DNA of 62,898 nt, counting the filler, from Dicyema japonicum (Eukaryota; Animalia; Dicyemida), in assembly GCA_011109175.1 (NCBI GenBank). It is 10 parts of 10 records of this genome, joined end to end, with 100 filler letters (N's around TTAATTAATTAA, not from the genome) between each part and the next. Parts side by side here need not be neighbours in the genome. Positions count along the whole stretch, not along the records: positions 45,127 to 52,421 come from RDEW01000158.1; positions 52,522 to 58,844 come from RDEW01000120.1; positions 58,945 to 60,064 come from RDEW01000066.1; positions 60,165 to 61,724 come from RDEW01000034.1; positions 61,825 to 62,898 come from RDEW01000166.1; 5 more parts are not named here. One strand, 5' to 3'. Of this stretch, positions 52,065 through 62,898 are shown one piece after another. The position numbers and the translations under genes are program-made. Each line of letters begins with the position of its first letter. Positions within the stretch are counted from its first letter, which is position 1. The notes under the pieces are model-generated. The model saw only the letters and a program-made list of their open reading frames with translations. It made no database searches and was not told the origin of the DNA.

Positions 52065-52421
52065 ATGGGCTCCGTCCGGGTAACTTCAAAGATCTCATTG
52101 TTCATAACACGGGCAACTCTGGGGTCCTGCTCGTGTTGGCTATCACCAAACTAATGAACAGGATGCTATCAGGGACATTACCAGAAACAATTCGATACGT
52201 AATGTTCTCCGCAAAGTTAATCGCATTCGACAAGAAGGGAGTTGGAATACGTCCCATTGCTGTCGGCTTGGTCTTCCGTCGCTTTGCTTCAAAGCTTGTA
52301 TGCAGAGCAATCCTGCCTACGCTGATAACACAGCTACGACCAACCCAAATAGGGGTCGACACACCGGGGGGTTGTGAAGCGGCAGTTCATGCTGTCCCAA
52401 CATTCAGCGAAAAGAACGAGA
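52065..52421 (+). mobile_element. CRE-clade RT N-terminal fragment (different subfamily from 20890-22870)
   Basis: DGLRP...AKLIAFDKKGVGIRPIAVGLVFRRFASK...QIGVDTPGGCEAAVHA. Confidence 0.88.
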
Positions 52422-52521
52422 NNNNNNNNNNNNNNNNNNNNNNNNNNNNNNNNNNNNNNNNNNNNTTAATTAATTAANNNNNNNNNNNNNNNNNNNNNNN
52501 NNNNNNNNNNNNNNNNNNNNN

Positions 52522-54745
52522 GAAGGGTGTAGAGGAGGTCGAACATATTAATATAGTCGACAATCACGGGGGACGGTATTCCTGAAAAAATCAATTGGTT
52601 TGATTCCACACACGTAAATATCTGGCTTATTTATTCACTCATTTTCATAATAGGTCGACATCTTAAGACCACGCCATATAATTCCTTAGATTGAATTGGG
52701 GGAAGGGTGTAAGAAGGTCGAACATATTAATATAGTCGACAACACGGGGGACCGTATTCCTGAAAAAATCATGTCGAATAGTTCCACACACGTAAAGATC
52801 TGGCTTATTTATTTGCTCATTTTCATAATAGGTCGACATCTTAAGACCACGTCACATGATTCCTTAGATTGAGTTGGGGGAAGGGTGTAGAGAAGGTCGA
52901 ACATATTAATATAGTCGACAATCACGGGGGACGGTATTCCTGAAAAAATCAATTGGATTGATTCCACACACGTAAAGATCTGGCTTATTTATTTACTCAT
53001 TTTCATAATAGGTCGACATCTTAAGACCACGCCACATGATTCCTTAGATTGAGTTGGGGGAAGGGTGTAGAGAAGGTCGAACGACGGTATTCCTGAAAAA
53101 AACAGGTCGAATGGTCCACTCACGTAAAGATCTGGCTTATTTATTTACTCATTTACATAATAGGTCGACATCTTAAGACCACGCCACATGATTCACTAGA
53201 TTGAGTTAGGGGAAGGGAAGAGTAGATCGAACATATTAATATGCTCGACAATCACGGGGAACGGAATTCCTGAAAAAATCAATTGGATTGATTCCACACA
53301 CGTAAAGATCTAGCTTATTTATTTACTCATTTTCATAATAGGTCGACATCTTAAGACCACGCCACATGATTCATTAGATTGAGATGGGGGAAGGGTGTAA
53401 GAAGGTCCAACAAATTAATATAGTCTACAACACGCTGGACTGTATTCCTGAAAAAATCAATTGGATTGATACATGATTCCTTAGATTGAGTTGGGGGAAG
53501 GGTGTAAGAAGGTCGAACAAATTAATATAGTCTACAACACGGTGGACTGTATTCCTGAAAAAATCAATTGGATTGGTTCCACACACGTAAAGATCTGGCT
53601 TATTTATTTACTCATTTTCATAATAGGTCGACATCTTAAGACCACGCCACATGATTCCATAGATTGAGTTAGGGGAAGGGAAGAGTAGATCGAACATATT
53701 AATATGCTCGACAATCACGGGGAACGGAATTCCTGAAAAAATCAATTGGATTGATTCCACACACGTAAAGATCTGGCTTATTTATTTACTCATTTTCATA
53801 ATAGGTCGACATCTTAAGACCACGCCACATGATTCCTTAGATTGAGTTTGGGGAAGGGTGTAGAGAAGGTCGAACGACGGTATTCCTGAAAAAATCAGGT
53901 CGAATGGTCCACACACGTAAAGATCTGGCTTATTTATTTGCTCATTTTCATAATTGGTCGACATCTTAAGACCACGTCACATGATTCCTTAGATTGAGTT
54001 GGGGGAAGGGTATAGAGGAGAACGAACATATTAATATAGTCGACAATCACGGGGGACGGTATTCCTGAAAAAATCAATTGGATTGGTTCACACACGTAGA
54101 GATCTCGCATATTTATTTGCTTATTTTCATAATTGGTCGACATCTTAAGACCATGTCACATGATTCCTTAGTTTGAGTTGGGGGAAGGGTGTAGAGGAGA
54201 TCGAACATATTAATATAGTCGACAATCACGGGGGACGGTATTCCTGAAAAAATCAGGTCGAATAATTTCACACACGTAACGATCTGGCTTATTTATCTGC
54301 TCATTTTCATAATTGGTCGACATCTTAAGACCACGTCGCATGATTTCTTAGATTGAGTTGGGGGAAGGGTATAGAGGAGATCGAACATATTAATATAGTC
54401 GACAATCACGGGGACGGTATTCCTGAAAAAATCAATTGGATTGGTTCCACACACGTGGAGATCTGGCATATTTATTTGCTCATTTTCTTAGTAGGTCGAC
54501 ATCTTAAGTCCATGTCACATGATTCCTTAGTTTGAGATAGGGGAAGGGTGTAGAGGAGGTCGAACATATTAATATAGTCGACAATCACGGGGGACGTTAT
54601 TCCTGAAAAAATCAATTGGTTTGGTTCCACACACGTAAAGATCTGGCTTATTTATTCACTCATTTTCATAATAGGTCGACATCTTAAGACCACGCCATAT
54701 GATTCACTAGATTGAGTTGGGGGAAGGGTGTAGAGAAGGTCGAAC
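52522..54745. repeat. Satellite 2: 178-180-bp monomer, 13 units plus a partial
   Basis: GAAGGG recurs at 52522, 52702, 52880, 53060, 53212, 53390, 53497, 53675, 53853, 54005, 54184, 54364, 54543 and 54723. Confidence 0.97.
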
Positions 54746-54816
54746 NNNNNNNNNNNNNNNNNNNNNNNNNNNNNNNNNNNNNNNNNNNNNNNNNNNNNNN
54801 NNNNNNNNNNNNNNNN

Positions 54817-55359
54817 GTTGATATGTCAATTATGACAGAAACTAAAGTTCAATACAACAAACCTGATATTTTTGTCTACGACAAAATGAAGCACGAAATA
54901 ACTTTAATCGAGGTGGGCATTACATCACAAGACCGCCTCAAACAAGTCGAAATCGAGAAAGTCCACAAGTATGATCTACTGGCAAATGAACTTTCGATAC
55001 TCTATGAAGCACAGGTGAAAACTATTCCGGTGGTTTTGACGTGGGATGGAGTTGTCTCGAAATGCTTTAAATATTACATGGATAAAATAACCATTGAAAA
55101 AGCAACAAGAACTTACATCCAATCCGTTGTACTCAAAAGAACTCTCGAAAGTATGCTAATTGAACACAAGCATGGGATGAAGGTATCTGGTGAAGATTAC
55201 GCCTCTGCTACCGACCAACTTGTGGAACTGGCATGCTGTTGGGACACGTCAATTGAGGTTACGGGACATATGACAACTTTGCCCGGCGAAGAGATAGAGA
55301 GCGAGGAGAATGAGGAGCAGGTAGCAAACTCTCCCCCTAAAAGGAGGAGAGATCTCTAA
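54817..55359 (+). mobile_element. Non-LTR retrotransposon C-terminal restriction-like endonuclease, open frame to stop
   Basis: NKPDIFVYD...ITLIEVGITSQDRLKQVEIEKVHKYDLLANEL...IPVVLTWDG has the PD..D...E.x...K RLE architecture. Confidence 0.88.
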
Positions 55360-55440
55360 CAGAGAGTGAAAATCTTAATTAAATAGCGTAACCGTAGTTA
55401 AATTTGGTTTAAACTTTATTATATGATAAAACAAATTAAT

Positions 55441-57700
55441 TCAGTGAAGCCAAAAAAGAGAGAATAAACAAGATCCTTTGGGGTAGTAGCAAACGTCGAC
55501 AAAATCCACCGATTTAATACGCAATGATTTCAACTCCCATATACTCTCAAAGATTATAACTCCCGTCCGAAACATTTCCAGCGCCCACAATATACTAATT
55601 TTATCATAACACTGTATACCAGAAGGAAATCTCAACATCTCTCGATAGAACGCTGTCATATTATCATCGCTAGAACATTCCAGAATATTTTTCACAAGTC
55701 GAGAAACCAGTTTATCCATCATTTTCTCCACTAATTCAACACCAATGGGAATATCAGAAATGAAATAATCAAACTATAAATGAAAGTAAAAATTTAAACA
55801 TGCTCTTTTACAAAATCGAATTTCAAAGGACTTGTGGGTGATACTTGACAATATTTGGAGATATCTAAAAAAAAACACAGACGAGCAATGACTATTCCCT
55901 TCCTCGAAAATCCCACTTCTAATCCACATTGAATAACACTATTAATCACCTTACGAATCCAGTCGATAAGAAACGTAAAACCTTACTAAATTCGTTTCAA
56001 TTCGACCACTGTCAGGAAATTGAGAATAAAAAATAAAAAATAATATAGCGGGGAACTTCGGTCTGTTCACAGCCCAATAAACTTTGTGCATGAGTTATGC
56101 TGTCTACAAATTCATCATGTTGAGCGAAAAATCAATACGGGATGACTCCAATAGATAAGTCAGTTCTATACAACAATCTATAATTTTATTATTGCGTAAC
56201 ATTACATCTTATCACGTTCTGATTGGTCGACTTGAGTCCATCAAAATAGTATTTTGTAATTTCATTAACATCACAAATCATTATAAAGAAGGGCGACAAA
56301 TAGCCGACACTCGGATTAAATTGAACTCGTATTCGGCAGCAAATAACTAGAAAGTCAACCAAATAGCCCACCCTTTTGACAAATATGAGGAAAAATAACA
56401 TCTGGATACCCTCAGAGGTCATTATAAAATTTATATCATGTAAAAGACATATTAGCTTTTCCAAATATAAATACGTACTGCACATCACATCACTCGATGA
56501 AATGTACAACTGTAAATGAACCATCGAAAAAATAAGCGTCCGAATGCACAGCAGAATTGTAGCCAATTTGGCCCTTATTTTGGATTATTACAAAAATAAC
56601 ATTAATTAAGGAAAACATGGCCTGTTGGGATTTGGAAATGTCAGACGAAAACAATAAATCAGCTTCCTTTTGTGTAAAATTTGACGAAAAGTAGTTTTTT
56701 CAGTTCCTCGAAATGGGATTTCGAAGGGAAATCAAAACACCATTTTGTAAGCTTAAAATAACAAAAATAAAAACCGCAACATCTAGATCACTTACACTCA
56801 GATCAAGTCGCCGAATCTATATAATATTTGAATGAATAATACTTTTCTAGATAATCCATCTTCATCAACATTGTCCTACCAATGAGAAAAGAGTACAGAT
56901 ACGTTAATTTTGTCTGAAATTAAGTCTCTATTGACAGCCACAGCTTCTTCTGATTATTAATAGAGGAGTCGCTTCCTTGGCAGCGAATTCATTAAACGAT
57001 TTGCAGATTAGTCTCCTACAATGTGAAATGCCAAATTTACAATAATCGTCTCATTTGATATGGCAATAGAATCAGGTTTCAACTTCTTCCTTTCAATTTC
57101 TGCCAACTCGTATATCTAATTGTTATTTTAAAAATTATAATATATTTTAAAAACCGGAAAAAAAACAGTTTTAATAAAATTTTTGGGCTAACCTAACAAA
57201 ATAAATTAACCTTGTTTTTCTTGTGGTGATTTAGTGCGCTTATGTACGAATGCACACTATTATCCCCAAAGCACACAATGAACATGGAAATAGCAGAGAA
57301 TGCAGCATTTCTGAGTTTGTCAGAAGAGTTGTCAGCACACTTTATACTTTTTGTTATAATATTAAACCTTTGTAAGTTTTTTTAGAATTTAATCCAATTT
57401 TCTTATTTGGAATTCCGTCAAATGCCGTTGGATATCTTTCCATGTATCGAGCAAGAAACAATACTGTTTCCAGATGACTGTACTCTCAGTTTTATTTAGA
57501 AGCTTTAAAATATTCTCAAACAGTTCTTCAGCAATAGACTTTGAATTAAAAAAAAATTACAAAACCGTTTTCAGAAAATGAATCAACGTGCTGTCTCAGC
57601 AGGTCTGACCTTAGTCGATTCGCAGATTTTAAAATTTAAAAATATTGTCTGAAATAAATAATATGAATAACCCGATTCTGAAAAGAGTTGGAATTGCTGA
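55441..57700 (-). CDS. CKAP5: Divergent XMAP215/ch-TOG microtubule polymerase, 3' part (end of TOG4, TOG5, C-terminal domain), multi-exon with apparent frameshifts
   Basis: Manual splicing gives, in the expected order: DNSSDKLRNAAFSAISMFIVCFG; LTKWCFDFPSKSHFEELK (cf. LKWNFTTPRDEYIEQLK); LLFSSDISKSQQAM; YLEKLICLL...VG; YFDGLKSTNQNVIRYCCIELTYLLES (cf. [25 protein letters not shown]); VSRLVKNILECSSDDNM. Introns: 57040-57016, 56902-56876, 56842-56817, 56774-56752, 56616-56574, 56205-56178, 55799-55774. Reference motifs are from memory. Confidence 0.72.
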
Positions 57701-58559
57701 GATAGGTTGTAGATATGAGTTGGAGAATCTCTAAAATGTGGGATTTATGACGCTGGGAGTGCTCCTTTGAAAGTGTCTGAGGTAAAGCTATTGAAATTAT
57801 TTACAAGTAGAAGGGAATTTGTGGAGGGATTTTAGATGTTCGTCAATGACCAAGGCTGAACCAATTCTTGATAGAATGGATTTTGATTTCAAATAGTTGT
57901 TCTTGTCTTTCGGGAAATGATCTTGAATACTAAAAAATTTTTGAAATACTAGTTTGTCTCGATAATATGATGATTCAGGTATTTGTTGTTTATTAGTATA
58001 CATCATACAACACAAAAAAACCAGAATACAAATTGCGGCTATTTATTAAGAATTAAAAATATTTAAGATAATTTTGTAAATAATTTAGAAAATTATTTGA
58101 AAAATTTATTTCCACTACCAAATTTAACTTACTGTTAAACCAATCTTCTCCGATAGAAGAACATCTAAATATGAGAGGAGCAAAATTCCTATTCGATTCG
58201 CGCGAATCCTACCACCTTTGCACTGCCTAAAACATGCTAAATGACAATGGCCGTCCACCGAAGAATACGCCTTTTAAACAATACTCCTGCTTTCTAAAAC
58301 AATGGCAAATTGGCGTGTCCCAACAGCATGCCAGTTCCATACTCCCGGGTCCTTTCCAAAATCAACTTAAAAGTTAACTAAATTAATCCGACGACCTGTT
58401 CGCTTGCAAAGTCTGGAAATAAGCCTCTTTCGCTTCTAATCGAAGGAACATTTCGGGAAGAGTTTTTTCCAACGGTCTCTCTGCCCATGGGCATTAGGGA
58501 CTGGATCTGCGCGCATCAACAGATACACTCTCTAGAGTCCTCTTTCAGGACATGTGGAC

Positions 58560-58844
58560 AGCATATAGGCCTGAATGTAACCTATCGACTCTCAACTGCC
58601 TGAGATAGCCCTTGTGGTACTTTGATACAATTCCTTCCCGTGTCATTACGCAAGGAATGACAAAAACCTTGCATCTGTGCATTCAAGCCAACTCGTTTGC
58701 AAGGAGGTCGTACTTACGCTTCTTTTCCACTTTCACCGTGGTCAAACGATCAAGGCATGTTGATTCCAACTTCTATGATAAGTATCTCGCCAAGACCTTA
58801 TCTTGTACCACAATGTCTGGCTTGTTGTGCTGAACAATAATTGA
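58560..58844 (-). mobile_element. Decayed copy of the RLE family
   Basis: HNKPDIVVQD...VEKKRKYDLLANEL...IPCVMTREGIVSKYH. Confidence 0.8.
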
Positions 58845-58944
58845 NNNNNNNNNNNNNNNNNNNNNNNNNNNNNNNNNNNNNNNNNNNNTTAATTAATTAA
58901 NNNNNNNNNNNNNNNNNNNNNNNNNNNNNNNNNNNNNNNNNNNN

Positions 58945-59260
58945 AAAAGAGGCTTATTTGGACAGGAAGACTTTTGGTAGAGGACTTATTTCGATTTCGT
59001 TTGAGAACGAGTTAATTCTTCTCCAGTTTCTAAAAAGGATAAACCAAATGTCGACCTATATACTTTTTCAAAATATTTATCCAGATGGAATAACGGCCCA
59101 CGGAGCGATCATTGACTGTCTTCTGCAAGAAAGGAGATTGCTTTTCGCACACACAGGGTCATTATGCAACCATTGCAAAAAAGCAGAAAACTGTGGATCT
59201 TTTTGCTACTCAGTGCGGTAAAATGCTAAACCGTGATTATCTCTAAGACATATTGAAGGA
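58945..59260 (+). mobile_element. Internally deleted piece of the same RLE family (post-RT region and zinc knuckle)
   Basis: AYLDRKTFGRGLISI...LLQERR...CNHCKKA..VDLFATQCGKMLNRDYL. Confidence 0.65.
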
Positions 59261-61841
59261 GCGCCAGTAAAAACTTCATTAGAATCAACCTATTTTTTCC
59301 ATTCGCCTTTTTGTAGTTCGTGAAAAATAATCTCGCCAATCTAGAGCCGATGAAGTATGTATTGGATTAGAATCGGAATGTGGTCTAAGTGAAGGTCGTA
59401 TATAACGTTTCTTGCTGTATCTTTGATGTGAATAAAGATTGATTCTGGAGAAAGACAGATTCGTATGAAATGTGAATACTTCTGGTGCTACTTTTGGAAG
59501 ATTTATAAGTTATCCAGATTATTATGATGAAATTTCCAGATTTATTCGTTACTTGAACTTGGATCCACTTGGACTTTTTGCATTTGTCCGCCACGCAAAA
59601 ATAACAAAACCACCCAGGTTCTTTATTGTAGGTCCGTTTCAATCACATTAGAATTGTCGGAATGGATTAAAGTCTGTTGGAAGGATGATGTTCTGTTNTT
59701 GGAAGATGTATAAGTTATCCAGATTATCATGATGAATTTTCCAGATTTATTCGTTACTTGAACTTGGATCCACTTGGACTTTTTGCATTTGTCCGCCACG
59801 CAAAAATAACAAAACCACCCAGGTTCTTTATTGTAGGTCCGTTTCAATCACATTAGAATTGTCGGAATGGATTAAAGTCTGTTGGAAGGATGATGTTCTG
59901 TTGCTTGTAAGGCAGGGATATCCAGATAGTTCAATCAATGAAAGCGATGATTTCGTTTATTTCGTTTAGTATTAAGTTGATATTAAAATGTAGAATGGAT
60001 AGTATAAAATAAAATGAGGCATGATTTTTTTTAATGTCTCCAGATTTGAAACGAAAGTGTAGGTNNNNNNNNNNNNNNNNNNNNNNNNNNNNNNNNNNNN
60101 NNNNNNNNTTAATTAATTAANNNNNNNNNNNNNNNNNNNNNNNNNNNNNNNNNNNNNNNNNNNNTTTTGGTTCTCTTCTATGTGGTATCTTTTCTGTTTC
60201 TATTTATCTTTGATTTTGTTCGTCTAATTTTATTAAATATTATTTTATCTACAAATGAATTTAAGTAAACCAATAATGTGGTGGCGCCGTATCAAAATGT
60301 TTTCATAAATTTTTTTAGTTCTACAAATAAGCGTCTAGGAGATGAGGGCCAACTTGTGGATGCAGATGATCTTGACGAAATCAGTAGGCGAGCAAGACGA
60401 CAAATGGATGGAGAAGGCTAATAATCGAAAACTTGGCAAATGCGAAACCATACTTTATAAACTGGAATGCATTGATGTTAAAGCCTGATCCGTTTGACTT
60501 TCTGCAGGAGAGGGGATGGATAACTTTGAGAAGACTCTATTTCGTCGCTTATTTAAAACTTTATTGTTTACTTGAAACAGAAGCAAAATTATTTTCAGAA
60601 TTTCTCCAACTTAACTAATTTTTTCCTAACTTCTCCAATGAGTAATGATTACGTCGGGGGTGTGCTGATGATCACATTATTATTAAACCAAGAAACCACC
60701 AAGAAAGAAATGTTAAACCAACTGATTAGGTGACTCTAGCCTTCAAAAGTTCCCAACTCTTCTTGAGTTTCCCACCAGCGACTCAACTGCTCTCAGGAAG
60801 TGACTTTGCTGTATCTTGAGAGGAATCCTAATGGGAATTCTACGATGTGGACACGATTCTTTATAGTAGATCGTAATGCTTCCACTGGGACACAGTTTAT
60901 GATTAATATATGATTTTTTTTCTCAATTTCAAATAAATACTCCTTTTTTGGCCAATGTGGTTTACCCATAAGTAAAAATCCCTTTATTTAATGTACGGAT
61001 GAGGAATGAGCCCATTATTTGATATTGTTGATCTGATGAAGAAGAAATGAAAAACCTGTATACTGAACAATCATTAAAACGGCTTACTTAACATTTGATT
61101 AACCTGTTGGCTGAGGAATCGTTATAAGATTTTCATTAAATTACTTATTAGCCCACAAGGTCAAATATATAAATTGTAATAAAATAAAAACATTAATTAA
61201 ATTTTTAAGAATTAAAAAAACTTAAAAATAAAATTAATTAAAACGATTCAGTGATCTATGGTGACCCATATTCAAACAAATCGTGGAAACGAATTCGCTA
61301 TCCCAACCTCTTAAGTAAAAGAATTTACATGTTTTTTTTAAATCTTAAGATAAAATGACAAAAATCACGAGATCATCTTAGTTGTTTATATCACTTTGGG
61401 AATATTACTAAATGATCTATTCTTTAAAATTAAACAAAAGGATCTCGTTAATAATTTCTTGTTGTACAAAATAATAAGAACGCATCTGATGTGGTCCGAC
61501 AACTCTTCGTAGTACAAGAATGGGTACAAGACTGCCCATTCGAATTTCTAACCGGAAAGTTGGGTAAATATCATATCTCTGCAGGTGATTATCGACCAGG
61601 TGAATAGGGAGGACAAAGTTGAGTGGGTATCGGAGGTTTCCCTAGTACTTCATGCTAGATTTGGAAGACTACCACAAGGTGTAGGGCCTCTAATAACGAA
61701 AGCCTTCAATAATAAATTTCATACNNNNNNNNNNNNNNNNNNNNNNNNNNNNNNNNNNNNNNNNNNNNTTAATTAATTAANNNNNNNNNNNNNNNNNNNN
61801 NNNNNNNNNNNNNNNNNNNNNNNNGTATATAACTAAAATAG

Positions 61842-62541
61842 ATATTCCTTCATTCGATTGGACGGTTCGTTAACCTCAAAAAAGCGGTCTAAGCTCGTTG
61901 ATGAGTTTAGCAACTCCTCTGTAATTGTTGTGTAAGCATGATAGAATATATTTGTCTTCATGTTGAGTAGTAAGGCCGGGGGTTGTGGACTTAATCTTGT
62001 TGCGGCCAACCGTCTTGTGATGTTTGATCCGGACTGGAATCCTGCGAATGACGACCAAGCCATAGCAAGGATATGGCGAGATGGGCAGAAGAAGGAATGT
62101 TTCATTTATCGTCTCATTTCGGTATTCAATCAAAATGACCCCAGACTGGCAGCATCGAGGAAAGAATATTACAAAGACAGGCTCATAAGAAGGCCTTAAG
62201 TGATTGTGTGGTCGACAGAAAGGACGCTGAGAGACATTTTAGTTTGGATGATCTTCGTGAAATATCAGCCCCTCTCTCGGACTCGTTTAGTGACACGCAC
62301 GACAAGTTTGAGGATTATTTAGTGGTTTAGAATTAATTGCCGGGGATGTGTGGGTGGAATTCAACATACTCCGCCATGTCAGGACAGTAATTGTGCCTCT
62401 GATCTGTCTAATTGGCATCATTGCAGTGATCCAAGGAATGTTTTTGATGTTGTTCTTCGAAGGGTCTTCTCTACACTCAAGGACGGAGTTACATTTGTAT
62501 TCTGGCATTTTTCTCATAATAAACAGAGAATTACTGTCTAA
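61842..62541 (+). CDS. RAD54: RAD54 (SNF2-family translocase), 3' four exons; 5' part lost at the contig end
   Basis: Exons 61842-61920, 61945-62121, 62145-62305, 62332-62541 (introns 24, 23, 26 nt) give YSFIRLDGS...[71 protein letters not shown]...SDTHDKINCRGC...SDLSNWHHC...VTFVF. Confidence 0.96.
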
Positions 62542-62631
62542 TTGTGTTCTTTTCCTCTTTTAGGATAATGTTAAATCTATATTATAGAACTCGATCTGAT
62601 TAGTAGTTCTTCAGAGAAATTAGGCGGATGA

Positions 62632-62898
62632 TTCGTCATTATCCGACATATTTCATTTTTTAGAGCGACAAGTTGGCATTTGCCGCCGTTTAAAGATAGT
62701 CCGATCTTAGAGAAACCAGAAGTGATTCTGTTCGACTCAGTCTATTCTTGTCCCCTTGATGTGAGGAAGAGTCTGCTCAAGGTTTCGTTTATGGAAAAGA
62801 TTGTAGAACGCGGTAATGAGCGGAGGATCGACAGTTTACCCAAACCTCCACCGGAGAATCGAACAGAACTTGCGAAGAAAAGGTGGAAACATACTATT
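62632..62898 (+). CDS. Stop-free frame running off the window end; probable exon of an unidentified gene
   Basis: ...RATSWHLPPFKDSPILEKPEVILFDSVYSCPLDVRKSLLKVSFMEKIVERG...AKKRWKHT; higher GC than the flanks, with a TTTTTTAG acceptor-like site at 62663. Confidence 0.3.

Noticed and set aside
52522-54745. Coding repeat (ORFs 53782-54143, 54353-54535) or RNA gene array
   Set aside because: The frames are not maintained between monomers and I saw no RNA gene motifs.
59385-59890. Discoidin/F5-8C-like ORF pair (KWIQVQV)
   Set aside because: The motif match is weak, and the two ORFs are an N-hinged duplication.
61585-61724. Exon as an upstream part of RAD54
   Set aside because: It is separated by an artificial spacer and has no SNF2 motifs; it may be an exon of an unrelated gene.

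Overview
AT-rich eukaryotic nuclear DNA, not prokaryotic; no CRISPR, rRNA or true tRNA gene was seen. The window is a concatenation of 10 unordered pieces joined by nine artificial 100-bp spacers (44 N + TTAATTAATTAA + 44 N), so adjacency across those spacers is meaningless. Most of it is decayed transposon debris: CRE-clade and a second RLE-type retrotransposon family, APE/RT LINEs including RTE, hAT (Buster/SPIN-like), Tc1, pogo/Tigger, a solo HHCC-rve integrase and a tRNA-derived SINE. There are also two unrelated satellites (168 bp and about 180 bp). Hidden from the ORF track by very small GT-AG introns (mostly 22-30 nt) are real host genes: RRP36, a divergent XMAP215/ch-TOG (CKAP5), the 3' end of RAD54, and a signal-peptide LRR gene with six phase-2 micro-introns plus a decayed paralog. 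Animal-like RAD54, micro-introns and fast-evolving housekeeping genes suggest a reduced parasitic metazoan such as a myxozoan or dicyemid (inference only). All homology calls come from manual translation and remembered family motifs; no database search was run.
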